Assembly (NCBI RefSeq): GCF_009914755.1
Contig: NC_060936.1
Direction: 5' to 3' (one strand)
DNA: 64,000 nt
Source of the DNA: the human T2T-CHM13v2.0 reference genome, Homo sapiens
The position numbers and the translations under genes were made by a program. Below, piece after piece: positions 12,709 to 26,178 of this stretch (position 1 is the stretch's first letter; each line of letters opens with the position of its first letter). Under the pieces are notes generated by a model. It worked only from the letters and a program-made list of their open reading frames with translations, was not told the DNA's origin and ran no database searches.

Positions 12709-14199
12709 GTGGTTTTCCATCCCCTTCTTCCACAAGCAGTTCTTCTCTCAGATCTAGTGCTAACCAGATGCAGGCTTGCACAAGGACTCAAATCACCTTC
12801 CCAAGCAGAGATTCGCTTGCTTATCTCCATGATATCCCAAACTACGCATGACTCTTTTACCCAGTTGCTTCTTCCTGTTATAGACTTCAGACCCTGAACC
12901 ATTTTAACTCCTTTATATTCCGTTAGTCACCAGTATTTTTAAGTGCTTTCTAATATTAGGCATGATTCTTTCCTTGGAGCCAGACCCAATTTTTATTTTT
13001 TAAAAGGAAGCAATGAGACAGAAATCTTGGAACACTATGAGAGCATTCAGAGAGTTTCTCTACTGCTCTTTCTTAACTATTTAATTGGAAAAATATTAAT
13101 ATACAGATAGTGCCTGACCTGGTTTCAGCCATGTGACTATGACATTTCTTCTTTTCTCAGATGTGTGAGGACCTATAGATGCTTCCTGCCACCTTTTGTG
13201 GAAAGGGGCAGCTACAGACACTGGGAAACTATGGTTCAAGGGAAGAAAGATGCCCTAACCCCACTCCCAACTCACTAGGGGTAGAAGCAGTTGATGGAGT
13301 AAGATCCAGCATAACATAATTCCATTATCTCACTTGAGGTGGGTTTAACAGGCAGGTTGGCTCTGTTCTCTGTAGCAACTCTATATTTAGCAAGCTGGCA
13401 CAATTTTTAGACAGATTTCTCACAAGAACTTGGCAAACATTCCATGTTTCCTTTACTGCAATATGCAGAATTTATATTTCTGACAAAATTGCTCACACAT
13501 CTTAGTGTAACTTGCTTAGTAGTCACACTTTGTCAATTTTATTTTTTTCCCAAGCAAAAGGAGAAATGATTAATGATATGAAGTTGAGGGCTGGGAAAGG
13601 GAATTTGACCCAAGATCTCTCGGAATATCAAAGCCTGTCAAGTTTTCCTTTAAGGGGTCTGTCACACCTACACCTTCGCAGCCAGTCTCCCACCCATCTT
13701 TAAATCACAGCCACATTACCTCCCAGTAATTCTAGGATTAAAATACCCCAGCTGCCCTCCCTGTTCTGGGATTCTACATTTCATTCTGCACCACTCTCTC
13801 GAGTTCATCTTCTAAAACATCAAGGTGGTTATAAATATTAGCATGGGGAAGGGGGAATGGTTCCCAGTGTCAAATATATTATTTTTTCTGTACTTTGCTT
13901 TATACTGGAAATATTCCTAAACTAAATATTTATAAATGAAGTTAATAAATATCATAGTGTGTCTGAAACATAATTTTAGAAGGCTAATGCCACTCTCACA
14001 CATAATTAGAAGATTAAATCGATAAACAAGAACCTATTTATTTGAAATTTTTTTAAAAAACAACTTATAGTTTCCCCACATTTTAAACTCCTTTGGTCAA
14101 TATTTAAGGTTCTACAGCTTTACTTCCTCCTTTCATTATGATTTCATTTCTCGCCTCTTCCTTATACACACCATGGTATTCCTGGGTTATCAAAATAAC

Positions 14200-14500
14200 A
14201 GCTACTTGTTGGGGAAACTGAGACTCAGAAATGTAAATAAGCTTTTTGCTCAAAATAACTCCACTGAGCAAAAAGCCTGTTTACATTTCTTAGCCTGTTT
14301 TCTCATCTGTAAAATGAGAAAAAAATATCACCCATCACATAGAATAGTTTTGAAGATTAAATAAGATACAGTATATAATTGAGTGCTGTTGGCACCCAAC
14401 AAGTATCAGGACAGAAATTTGAACCCATGTTTGTTGACATCAGTCCACATTCTTAACCTAACCACAGTGCCTAGCACAATGGTAGCATTCAAAAACTGGT
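14200..14500. mobile_element. MIR fragments, both orientations
   Basis: 'gggaaactgagactcagaaatgtaaat' and 'ttttctcatctgtaaaatgag...gattaaataagata'. Confidence 0.6.
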
Positions 14501-14604
14501 TGTTTTTATTAGACATCATCAGATATAATCACAATCTGTTCTGTTCTGTTCTGTCCTGCCTCCCTGCTTTGGAATGTCCTCTCCTGAGAAGTTTAATGAT
14601 TCCC

Positions 14605-14902
14605 TTTTTTTTTTTTTTTTTGGACAGAGTCCTGCTCTCTCACCCAAGGTGGAGTACAGTGGCATGATCTTGGCTCACTGCAACCTCCGCTTCCCAGGTT
14701 CAAGCAATTGTCATGCCTCAGCCTCCTGAGTAGCAGGGATTACAGATGTGCACCACCACTCCTGGCTAATTTTTGTATTTTCAGTAGAGACAGGGTTTCT
14801 CCATGTTGGCCAGGCTGGTCTCGAACTCCTGGCCTCATGTGATCCTCCCCCCTCAGCCTCCCAAAGTGGTAGGATTACAGGCATGAGCCACTGTGCCTGG
14901 CC
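14605..14902 (-). mobile_element. AluS (Sx/Sz-like)
   Basis: Poly-T followed by full Alu dimer. Confidence 0.95.
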
Positions 14903-14914
14903 CAGTGGCAGTGG

Positions 14915-15480
14915 TTCTGATGGCTGTCACTGCATGACAAGTTATCTCAAGACTTAAAACAACCATCTTATTACATTCACAAATTCTGTGCCAGAATTCC
15001 AGACAGAGCACAGTGGGTATGGTTTTTCTCTGCTCGATGATATTTAAGGCCTCAGCTGAAAAGACTTAAAAGCTGTGGGTGACTCAATGACTGGGGGATG
15101 GAATTATCTGAAAGTGCAACTAAATGTCCAGAATGGCTTCCTAACAAGGCTGTCCACTGACGATGCTCTCTGTCAGCTGGGGCTTAGCTGGAACTGTTGA
15201 CTGTGGCACCCACTCATGGCCTCCTCAATATGGCTGTCTGAGAGTAATTGGTCTTCATGCATGGAGACTAACCTCCCCTAAAATGAGCACCCCAAAGAGA
15301 ACCAGGCAGAAGCTGCACAGATTTTCTAACCTAGCCCCAAATATCATAAAGCATCATTCCCACTGTATTTTGTTGATTAATAGGGAGTCACTCAGGCCAG
15401 TCCAGTGCAAAGATGGAGGATATAAATCTGTCCTCTTGATTGGTGAGGTGTCCAAGAATTTGCTGACATGTTTTAAATTA
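14915..15480 (-). mobile_element. MLT1G/H-like LTR
   Basis: 'cttaaaacaaccat...gagcacagtggg...ggcctcagctg...ccaagagaaccaggcagaagctgc'-like motifs. Confidence 0.7.
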
Positions 15481-15499
15481 CTGTATTCGTATTGTACAT

Positions 15500-16100
15500 A
15501 ATGAAAGGACTATTTCAGTGAAAGGCTGAACACTTCTCCTGGAACCCAAATATTGGAAAGGTCATCTATATTGATGTCAAAGTCACCCATGGTAATGGCA
15601 GTATTTGGAAAAAAAAAAAAGAAGTCTGCAAACCAGGTGCTGGAGACTTCAGAAAAGAGATGTGAAGGAGTTACTCCGGAGGATGGGGAATGTGGCAACA
15701 ACATTCAGGAGTAGAGGACGTCTTAGCCAGATGGTAGTTATTATTAGGCATAATCAGGTATAATCACAATCTGTTTCCTCCTGCCTTCTCAAAGGAGGAG
15801 AGATTTTTTCTCATAATAGTAGAGAATTAATGGTCTACCGGGCAATAGGCATCTAGGATAATGACATCCTTACTTCTGATCCCTGTGACATTTGGAGAGT
15901 GGAGAATGACATGATTCTCTGAAAGGGCTACAAAAGAATCAGTGCCCTCTGAGGAGAGCTAGGGTGTAGGTTAGGCAAAGAGATGAGAGGTTTTTTTGTG
16001 ATGGCATCCGAATTATTTACAATGGAAGCCACATTCCAGAAGTTCCAGTAAAGTGAGTAAGAAGGGAAGACAGCAATAGGAGGAAGAGTTACAGAAGATT
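15500..16100 (-). mobile_element. Old L2 internal fragment
   Basis: Purine-rich, 'tatattgatgtcaaagtcacc' L2-like. Confidence 0.45.
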
Positions 16101-16124
16101 AAAAAAAAAAAAAAGAAGTAAGCA

Positions 16125-17370
16125 ATATTTCTGGTTGCAAATAAAGTAAAGCAAAAATAGAATTAAACCAAAAGGACATTTATCATTACATAACAAGAAA
16201 TCTAGACAGAGGTTTGTCCTGGACTCCTCTGATTCTACCAATCTGTCATTTACCATGGTCAGCAATATCTCCCCTCATGGCACAAATATATCTGTCCCAG
16301 CTCCAAGTTTCATATCCTCAGACATCAGCATTTACCTTTGAAATGAAGTGAAAAAAAAAGCAATAAAGCTTTCTCATTTACCTATCTTTTTAAATCAGGA
16401 ATGAAAACTTTCCCAGAAGCCTTAAGCTGACTTCCTCAGATCTTTGTGGGAGATACCATCGCACACCAGTCAAAACGGCTATTATTAAAAAGTCAAAAAA
16501 TAACAGATGCTCAGAAGGTTGTGGAGAAAAGGGAACACTTATACACTGCTGGTGGGAATGTAAATTAGTTCAGCCATTGTGGAAAGCAGTTTGATGATTT
16601 CTCAAAGAACTTAAAACAGAATTACCATTTGACCCAGCAATCCCATTACTGGGCATATACCCAAAGGAATAGAAATCATTTTACCATAAACACGTGCACT
16701 TATATGTTTATCACAGCACTAGTCACAATAGCAAAGACATAGAATCAACCTAAATGCCCATCAGTGGCATTTAGGATATCAATGGATAAAGAAAATGTGA
16801 TACATATAAAAAATGGAATACTATGCAGCCATAAAAAAGAATGAGATCATGTCCTTCACAGCAACATTAATGGAGCTGGAGGCCATTATCCAAAGTGAAC
16901 TAATGCAGAAACAGAAAAACAAATACTGCATGTTCTCACTTAGAAGTGGCAGTTAAACTTTAACTGCACAGGGACACAAAGAAGGGGAACAACAGACAAT
17001 GGGGCCTATTTAAGAGTCAGATGGTGGGAGGAGGGTGAGGATGAAAAAAACTATTTATCAGGTACTATGCTCACTACCTGGGTGATGAAATAATCTGTAC
17101 AGCAAACCCCAGTGACATGCAATTTGCCCCTGTAGCAAACCTGCACATGTACCCCTGAACCTAAAAGTTAAAAAAAAAAAAAAAAAGAAAACCTCATTGG
17201 TACACTCTCATCTCTATATCAATCATTGACAAAGAGAAATGGGATAATCATGCCTTAAACCAATTATGACTCATCCCTTGGGCTGGGTACATTGCTAAAC
17301 AAACAACAAAATCATGTCAGCAAGCAGAAACCAATGGCTGCTGGGAAGGTCAGCAACAATGTCAGTCACG
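16125..17370 (-). mobile_element. MLT1J/K-like LTR split by L1PA
   Basis: 'tggttgcaaata', 'tttcccagaagcc...gacttcctc' before and 'ctcattgg...ggctgggtacattgc' after the L1. Confidence 0.55.
16449..17187 (+). mobile_element. L1PA15/16-type 3' end with poly(A)
   Basis: 'gagataccatc..caccagtc', 'atttgacccagcaatcccattactggg', 'aacctgcacatgtacccctgaacctaaaa' plus A tail. Confidence 0.92.
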
Positions 17371-17469
17371 TGGAGGGATGGAACATCAAGTAATCGGGAG
17401 ATGGAAGTACTCAACAGGGCAGGAGACTTGAAGAGACCTCAGTCTACCTAACTATAAAAAGAAGAGTAT

Positions 17470-17738
<269 letters not shown>

Positions 17739-18649
17739 AAGAAGAGTATGACCTCACAAATCTTTAATGTCCCTCTACTGCTGAGGTCCTAATCTTCCAC
17801 CCACAATATTTGTCACACTCATACTTTTTTTTTATTATGTCTATTTGTCCATAATTTATCTCCCTAACTAGATTACTGACATGGTAAAGGCAGGGATCTT
17901 GTGTGGTTTGTCTTTATAATCCACATGGTCAGTAAATATTTGAAGATGAAAGCGATGCCCCACACTCTTAAAACCTGTGTGATCTTTGCGAAACCAATCT
18001 GGTTCTCTCTCAGTAGCTCTCCAAAGTGAGAGATGAAAAGAAGAGGCAATCACTGTTTCTCTATTCATTGAGCACCCACCGTGTGCTCCCCACTATTGTG
18101 GAATCTGAGAAAAATGTAAGCGCCATTGGCATAAACAACTCTTAAAAAGAACAAGCGAGCACATGAAACCCCATGCAGCATCTTTAGCCAGGAGCAGCTG
18201 TGCTTTCTCTGCTATATTCCAGAGAGATGTACCTAGACAATGGCCTGGACACACTGAACAAAGATTTATTTTTCTCTCTGTGGGTTGAGTTGCAAAGAGC
18301 TAGTGGATGACTGGGAGAGGGTGACTGACAGAGAGAGCAGCAAAGGAAGTGGAGGGAAGCTGGGGAGTTTCTTGTTTGTGGTACAAAACAAACCATAAAT
18401 TTAATTATCATTTAGATATAGCCATACTGTCATTATTCAAGGGATTTTTTAGTTATGGTTTCATGTTATTTAAAACCTGCTAGAGTTTCTTTCCAGTTGG
18501 CCAGCTTCCTATGAGACTCAAATAGACAAAAATGATCAGAGAGAGTAGATGCTTGTTACATAAGAGATTATATGTACTTTTAAATTTAACTCACAGTGTT
18601 TGAAACTTAATATTACAGTTTCTAAAATGTATAAGCACAGTTGGACAAA

Positions 18650-18990
18650 GAGATTATAGAACACTATGATCTTAAAGTTGGAAAGGACCTTAAAGATTAT
18701 CGACTCCAACCTTCCCCCTAGTGTTCAGATCTTGTCTATAAACAACCTTAACACATCATCCAGTGAAACTTGAGCATCTCCAATGATGCAGAGTTCACCA
18801 CATTTCAAAGCAGCCCATTCTATATGTGGGAACCCAGGATAACTAAAGAAGTCTTCCTTATGTTAAATACAGGTTACTCTGAAGTTCCCATCTAGTTGAT
18901 CTGTGAGACTACTGAGCAAAGTTAATCTTTCTACCCCATGACAGTCCTTCAGCTTGGGAAAACAGTAACATAACTTTTCTGAATCTCCTT
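18650..18990 (-). mobile_element. L3/CR1 LINE 3' fragment
   Basis: 'agttggaaaggaccttaaagattatcgactccaacc...ttgagcatctccaatgatg...gaagtcttccttatgtt' CR1-type 3' end. Confidence 0.7.
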
Positions 18991-20290
18991 ATGGTCCTGT
19001 TGATGAAAATGAATCCTTTCTGTATTCCTCTTAATGTACAATGCCCATAAATTGTTAAAATTTTTATATGAGGAAATGAGAGCAAATTTTCTCTTTTTCC
19101 CCTGAAATACTGCATACTTGTCATTGGTACATTGATGAAGTACAATTTGTGGCACAACTAAAATGCAACACTGTTTTGTCTCCTATATTCCCCTTAAAAT
19201 GTGATCAGACAGGGTAAACTTTCTCTATATATAATTAAAAACCATGATACTTTTCTTGCTCTTAGATAATAGATATCCCTAAGATCAATTTTAGTCACAC
19301 AGTTTAGTTCAGCAATTAAAATGCTCCATCCAAGTTACTAGTTAAAACTGTCAGTTTGATATAACATTATATCTTCTCCATTTCCTCAGCTCAAAGCTAA
19401 AGGCCACAGTACGAAAAGGGTAGATGTTGCATGTGTGTGGAAGGTGGTGGTAGTGGTGGTGTTGATGGTAGTTGGCTTCTTATCCGTTTCTTTGCTTGCT
19501 AGCTAATTTCTAACCTTTTCAGAGTTGGAGTGAGTAAGAGGAAAGAAAAAGTCTTGAATCATAACCTGACTTTACTCCCTCTGTGTTTGGTAGATGTTTA
19601 ATGCTTTTTTTTTTTCTTATGTGGGTACATTTGTATGCTTTTGTTGAGAATTTCATCAGTGGAGACTTGTTTTCTGAAAATCTTTTGACCCTACCACCTC
19701 TCTCTACTTCAGTTTGTTGTCTTGACTATTGTTGCTTGAGACCCTTCCACAGCCCTTAGAATTCAGCATTCTCTATGTTCCTGAGCTAAGACCCTTTCTG
19801 TCTTCTAGGTAGACAGATTCAAGATAACCTCACATCAACTCTCTCTCCTCTATGTCCCCCCGTTGTCTTAATAAACTTTGGGTGTGTCAAACGGTCTTAT
19901 GCAGCCACCTCCAGCCCCAGGTATTAGTCAGACATCCACTTTCCTGACTCATAGTTGTAATGAGCACACTGAAGCTGTCCAAATGGCTTTATGGAAGCTC
20001 TGCTTGGTAGGCTGAAAATGAAGGTTATAGTTTTTGCCAAAGAAATTGTCTTCCCACTGTCTGCATTCTGATCTTGTTTGTAGTCATCTCTTTTGCAGTT
20101 ATACATATATTGATTTGTGTGATCCTAACTTTTTGATCTATAACATCTATCATGTTGGAGTCCACCATCAAATGGCGGGAGGAAGACTTCATTCTTTTCT
20201 GCTGTTTTAGACTCATAAACATGTAGCACAAGATATTATTAGCCTTCATATTATTTCAGGCCAAATTGAATGTATTCTTCACTTATACCC

Positions 20291-20490
20291 CTGTGTCAGA
20301 CTGCCAGAGTCCTCCAAAATCTGTTCTTCCTTCATTCCTAGTAAAAGAATTTTAGCTTGTACCATCACCTGCAGCTGGAAGATGCATTTGCCAGCCTCCC
20401 TTGCTGTTAAGTGTGACCCTGTTAATAAGTTCTCACCAGTAGAAGTGAGTTGAATTGAAGAGTGTCACTCCATGCATTTAAGAGGAAATC
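20291..20490 (+). mobile_element. MLT1I/J-like LTR fragment
   Basis: 'catttgccagcctcccttgctgttaagtgtgacc...aagttctcaccagtagaa'. Confidence 0.55.
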
Positions 20491-20494
20491 ATGA

Positions 20495-20900
20495 GGTTTG
20501 ATTCTACTTAAGATGCAGTAAGCATACCCCATACCCCATATTCCCCCACTTATTACAACTAAAAAGCCTGGACAAAATGCATAAAACAACTATCAGAGAA
20601 CTCTGAAAAGTGCGTAAGAACAGAAGGACTGGATAGGAAGCTCAGGACTTAAAAGCAACCCAGCAATATTGTTATTGTTGTTGTTGACTTGTTGGTAACT
20701 CTGTTCTGTGTTGGCTTAGGTTCTAGGGCAGCTCAAAAATGGAACTGCAAAGAGGAAGCTCCAAGAGAAGCCTATGTTCTCTGGCCAGATGGACCAAGAG
20801 CGGTCATTACTAAAAGTTATGCATGTGTTGAAAGCTCATAGAACTGTACACTCCAAAAAGTGAATTTTACTATATAGTAAAATTTAAGATAATTTTTAAA
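20495..20900 (+). mobile_element. Old L1M remnants
   Basis: 'ctggacaaaatgcataaaacaact' (5'UTR-like) and 'ctcatagaactgtacact..aaaagtgaattttact' (3' end-like). Confidence 0.5.
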
Positions 20901-21239
20901 AGGAAAAAAGATTCTCCTTTGTTTTTGTACATTCTTCTTCCTACACCCTAGGACACTGACATGAAATTGAGTCATTTTTCCAAGCAAGCAAAGATAATAT
21001 CCTAGTGGGTGGCCAAGAAATGGCACATGGAATACAACCGTCCCAGTAGTCTGATCTGCCATCTATGGGGTCTACTTTTTGTAGCAACTTTACCTCCACC
21101 TTCCTGAATGAAACTTCTAATGTTTTTCACATGGGCTCCTACTAAGCTATGCCTTTGCCATCTGACATGGGTGTAGGCAGCTGTTTAAACTTGGCAGGAT
21201 CCTGCATACTCAGTCTTGTTAAAGGCAACTTGTCTTCCA

Positions 21240-21900
21240 AACCAATCTAGCTTGTACTGGATTCAGATTATGTCATCCAATATACTTGCTATTCTTCCCA
21301 ACCAAATGTCGTCTGAAAATTAAATATTTATAAAGTCATTGGTAAACAATTTGTTGATTAAGACCAACGGGAGGTCCACAGAATACCAATGATCCCTACT
21401 TTGAAAAGGGAAAAATGGAGAATGTTCACCAAAACATGGAGAACTCATTAAAACTTTTTGAGGAGAATTTTTACCTAGGATAATAGCTGTCATCTTAATT
21501 GTTAAACAAGTCATTAATCCATCTAATTATGTCAAGTCTAGCTTATTTTTCCGCCATTTTATCCATGAGAAAATAATGGGAGGTTTTTCATCAGCGACTT
21601 GCTAAAATGCAAATATACTCTGTCTCTCACATTTCTCCGGCATTCTAGTTTTCAACAAGGCAAATAAGAAATTAATTTAGTCCAACACAACTTGTACCTA
21701 GTATATTTATATTTGATATTGGTGATAAACTTTTTCTAGTAGACAGAGACAGACTGTAATGATCAATTCTAAAATTGTGTTCAGGAGCAAGTGTACCTAT
21801 CTGAGGTTTTCTGAATCTATAATTTACCCTGCTTTTTAAATCAGAATGACTTCTTTAAAATGTCCATACTGTTCTAGAACATCTTTTCTTCTCTTTGATT
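21240..21900 (-). mobile_element. L3/CR1 reverse-transcriptase remnant
   Basis: Minus-strand translation VYLHFSKS (21618-21595, cf. VYLDFSKAF) and FSDDIWLG (21319-21296, cf. FADDTKLG). Confidence 0.7.
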
Positions 21901-22089
21901 CCTCAACAATATGCAATAAAAGTTTGGTGAGCTGACTTACAAATTATCAACAACCATGAGAAATAATCTGCATTCAAGTGCAAAAAAAAAAAGTGTCATT
22001 TGTGGCACCTCAGTTGTCTGCCTTTCAAACTCTTGTCCAGTATCCGGCTGAGGTTTCAGTTCCTTTATACCAGAGTTTATTTATTTCTT

Positions 22090-24800
22090 ACCTCATTCAT
22101 TCATTCAATACATATGTACTGAGAGCCTCCTATGTACCAAGTGTTGATGGAAATGTTGAAGATTCATCAGAAAACAGGAAGAAATCCTTCAAGGAGTTTA
22201 CATTTAATCAAATAAAAATGTAGCATTATAGAGTGCCAGAGAGTGATAAGTTGTATGGAGGTAAATATTTTAGGGAAGAAAGAAAAAGAGGCTGGTGTGA
22301 GTGTGGATTAAAATTTTAAAAAGAAAGGTCATGAAGGAATTTGCTGATTCATTTGAACAAAGGATTGAAGGAGGTGAAGGAGCAAGCCATGCAGGTATTT
22401 ATGGTAAGGAGGTTCCAAGCAAAGGGAGCAATAAGTACTAAATTCCCAAGACAGGAATGTGCCTGACATGTTGAATAAACAGTAAGAAGGACAGTGTTCC
22501 CAGAGTGGAATGAATGAGGGGAAGAGGACTAGGAGTTGAGGACAGAAGGTGATGAGCAGAAGACAAAATAGAAGAGGGTCTGTTGGAAGTTCTACATGTA
22601 CTTTACCCACACTGGGAGCTTCTGAGCAAATTTAAGATATTATTGACAAAAAGTGTTACTCTGTCTCCCTTCTTGAGAAGTCTATGTTTTAATTTATTGA
22701 TTTAGCAAATATTTATTGATCACCTACAATGTGCTAGATGCCATTGTAAGCACTATATTAAAACTCCCAGGAACCTTACAGTTTATTGGGAAATAAAGCC
22801 TTTAGTGTTCATTGTGGAGACTTTCATTTTTACTCTGAGAGAGAAGGCAAGCACTAGTTTGAGCAGAGTGGTGACTTTAGCTAACTTGGATTTTAAAAGG
22901 ATCACACTGGGTGCCATGCTAAAAATAAATTATAATAGGACAGGAAGGAAAAAGGGAAAACAATTAGAAGGATGATATTGAAGTGATCCAGGCAAAAGAT
23001 CAGCCAAGGTAACAGTGAAGAGACATTTTTAGATTCTAGGTGTATTTTAAAAGTAGAGCTCACAGGATGGATGAAGGAGTTGAAAGAAAGAAGAGTGCAG
23101 GATGGATCCCAGATTCCAAGTTTTGCCCTCTACCCCACCCTGGAGAGATCACAGAGTCACCATTTTTTCAGCTGAAGGCAGCAGTAGAGGGGAAGATTTG
23201 GAAAAAAAAAAAAAAACAAAAAACACAGAAGTTTTGTTTTGAACATTTTAATTTTGAGAGGTTTATTATGAATCCCAGTGCAGATGATGAATAGGCAAGA
23301 TTTGAGAAATGTCCAGACTGGAGATAAAAAATCTGGGCATTGTAAACATATAGATGGAAGCTAAAACCATGATGCTCTATGAGGTCACTTTAATCACCCA
23401 GCACGTTCTTCTTGCCCACTGCACAGATAAAACCAATTCACCAAGACAGTGGTATTGAAGTAGAGAAAGAGTTTAATGATCACAGGGCTAACCAGGCAGA
23501 AGAACAACAGTTTATTATCCAAATCGGCCTCCCTGCAAACTCAGAGGCTAGGGTTTTTAAGGATAATTTGGCAAGTGGCAAGCAGGGGGTTAGGGAATGG
23601 ATGATGTTGACTGGTTAGAAGTGAAATCAAAGAGATGTGGAAAATGGTGGTCCTGTGCTAAGTCAGCCTCTGGGTGGGGGCCACAGGACTGATTAAATCA
23701 TGAGTCATGGGTCTAGGTGAAATCAATCAGTTGTCAGAATGCAAAAGTCTGAAAAACATTTGAAAAGACTAATCTTAAGTTCTACAATAGGGATTTATCT
23801 TTAGAAGCAATTGGGGAAGTCACAAATCTTGTGACCTCTGGCCACATGACTCCCCAGCAGCACGGAATGATAGAAAAGCAAGCTAGGGATCAATGGCTCC
23901 TTATCATTTAACAATGCCTACATCTTCGCAGAATTCATGCCCCTTCCATAATCTTAAGTCTCATGGTCTGTCATTAGCTTAACAAAGGCAGTTTCAGTCC
24001 CTGAGAAAGGAGGGGATTAGTTTTAGGGAGGGACTCTTATCACCTTGCTTCCAGGGTAAACTACAAACTAAGTTACTTGCATGATTAGTTTGGCCTACTT
24101 CCAGGAAGGAATGAGGACACCCAGGCTGTGAGGCTAGAAGCAAGATGGAGTCAGCCATGCTAGACTTCTCTTATTGTCATCATCTTTGCAAAGGTGGTTT
24201 CATTACCAAGGAAGTGAATGAAAATAGGAATGAAAAGAGACTCAAACTCTGAGTCCTGGGAGACTTGAACACTTATAGTTTAAGGGAAAGGGGAAACCAG
24301 CAAAGAGGGCTGAGAAGAAGTTGTCAGGGAGGTAACAAAAAGAAGTAACCAGGAGAATAAGGAGTAATAGGAGCCAAGTAAAAAGGCATATGAAGTAGGA
24401 CAGAGAGTTACCAAGAGTAACTCATAGGAAAAGTCAAACAAGGACCAAAGACTCAGTAACCAGAGGTTTCATGTGGCCCTCAACAGTTGTTATGGTGATG
24501 TGATGGTTGTGAAATTTTGATTGAAAGGAATTCCAAAAAGAATTGAAAGAGAGGGATTGGAGCAGCAAGAATAGACATCCCTTTCTGTCAACTTTGTTTT
24601 AAAGGGAGCAGAGAAATATAGGGAGATATGGGGCAAGTTAGGCTGTTTCTTTGTTTTTCAGCTTTTTAAGAAGAGAAAAATCGTATCTTTGCATGATAAT
24701 GAAAATGATCCTGTAGAGCATGAAAAATGTGCGATTTTGGAGAGAAAACAAAACTTCCAGAATGGTGTCCTTGAGTTGGTGCAGTAATGGAATCTCATGG
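22090..24800 (-). mobile_element. L2 fragments, interrupted by LTR8
   Basis: 'cattcattcattcaatacatatgtactgag' terminus; 'ttttaaaaggatcacactgg', 'gttttgttttgaacatttt'. Confidence 0.75.
23389..24202 (-). mobile_element. LTR8-family (LTR8A/B-like) ERV1 solo LTR
   Basis: 'cttgcccactgcacagataaaaccaattcaccaagacag', 'tgggtgggggccacagga', end 'tttgcaaaggtggtttca'; 4-bp TSD tcac/ttac. Confidence 0.85.
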
Positions 24801-25579
24801 GCAACTGAAGAGCTTCACTTTAGATATCAACACAGCGAGGCTGTGTGCAGTTTCCAGCCCCTATTTTTTCGAAGTAAATCACTAAGCTCCTCCTCTTGTA
24901 ATATTCTTTCAAGTCATATATGCTGCTGCTCTCTGTAAACAAGATTCATGGTTTTATTCCTTGCTCCTCCCCCTCATATATTGATTATGTGATCAGGTCA
25001 CCTGACTTTTGGATAAGTGTGTAATCATTTGTATTTAATGAGCCACTTTATTATTCCAGGACTGTCCTAAGCTAAAAAAGGCCCCTGTACTCATAGAGCT
25101 TACCCTAACAGGCAAGGAGATACACAAACAAAGATGATTTCAAATGGTGATGAGGGAGTGACAAAACTGCCTTGGGGCAAGAGAAGGTGGGGGATCATTT
25201 AGAGTGAGGTGAGGGGTTAGGGAAAGCCTTAATCACTTAAACTGCAATCTTAATCTTGAGAAGGGACTCATTGTGAGTGGGAAACAGGGGTGGGGGATGG
25301 AGGAAAGGCAATGCAAGGGAAAAATGTAAAGAACAAAGAGAAATCCAGTTTACTTGGAATGTAGTGAGCAAGGAATAGGGTGAGGCTGGAGGAGGTCAGA
25401 TTGTAAAAGGCTTGAGCTTTGTACTCCATGGAAGGAGATTAGATTTTGTGCTAAATGTCCTGGTATGGCATTCTTGAGCCATAAGCCTGACCCTTATTCA
25501 CATTTTAAAGTGATAGTTCTGATCACTGTGTGGAGAATGGATCATAATGAAGAATGGAAGCAAAAGAAACAAGGAAAAG

Positions 25580-26178
<599 letters not shown>

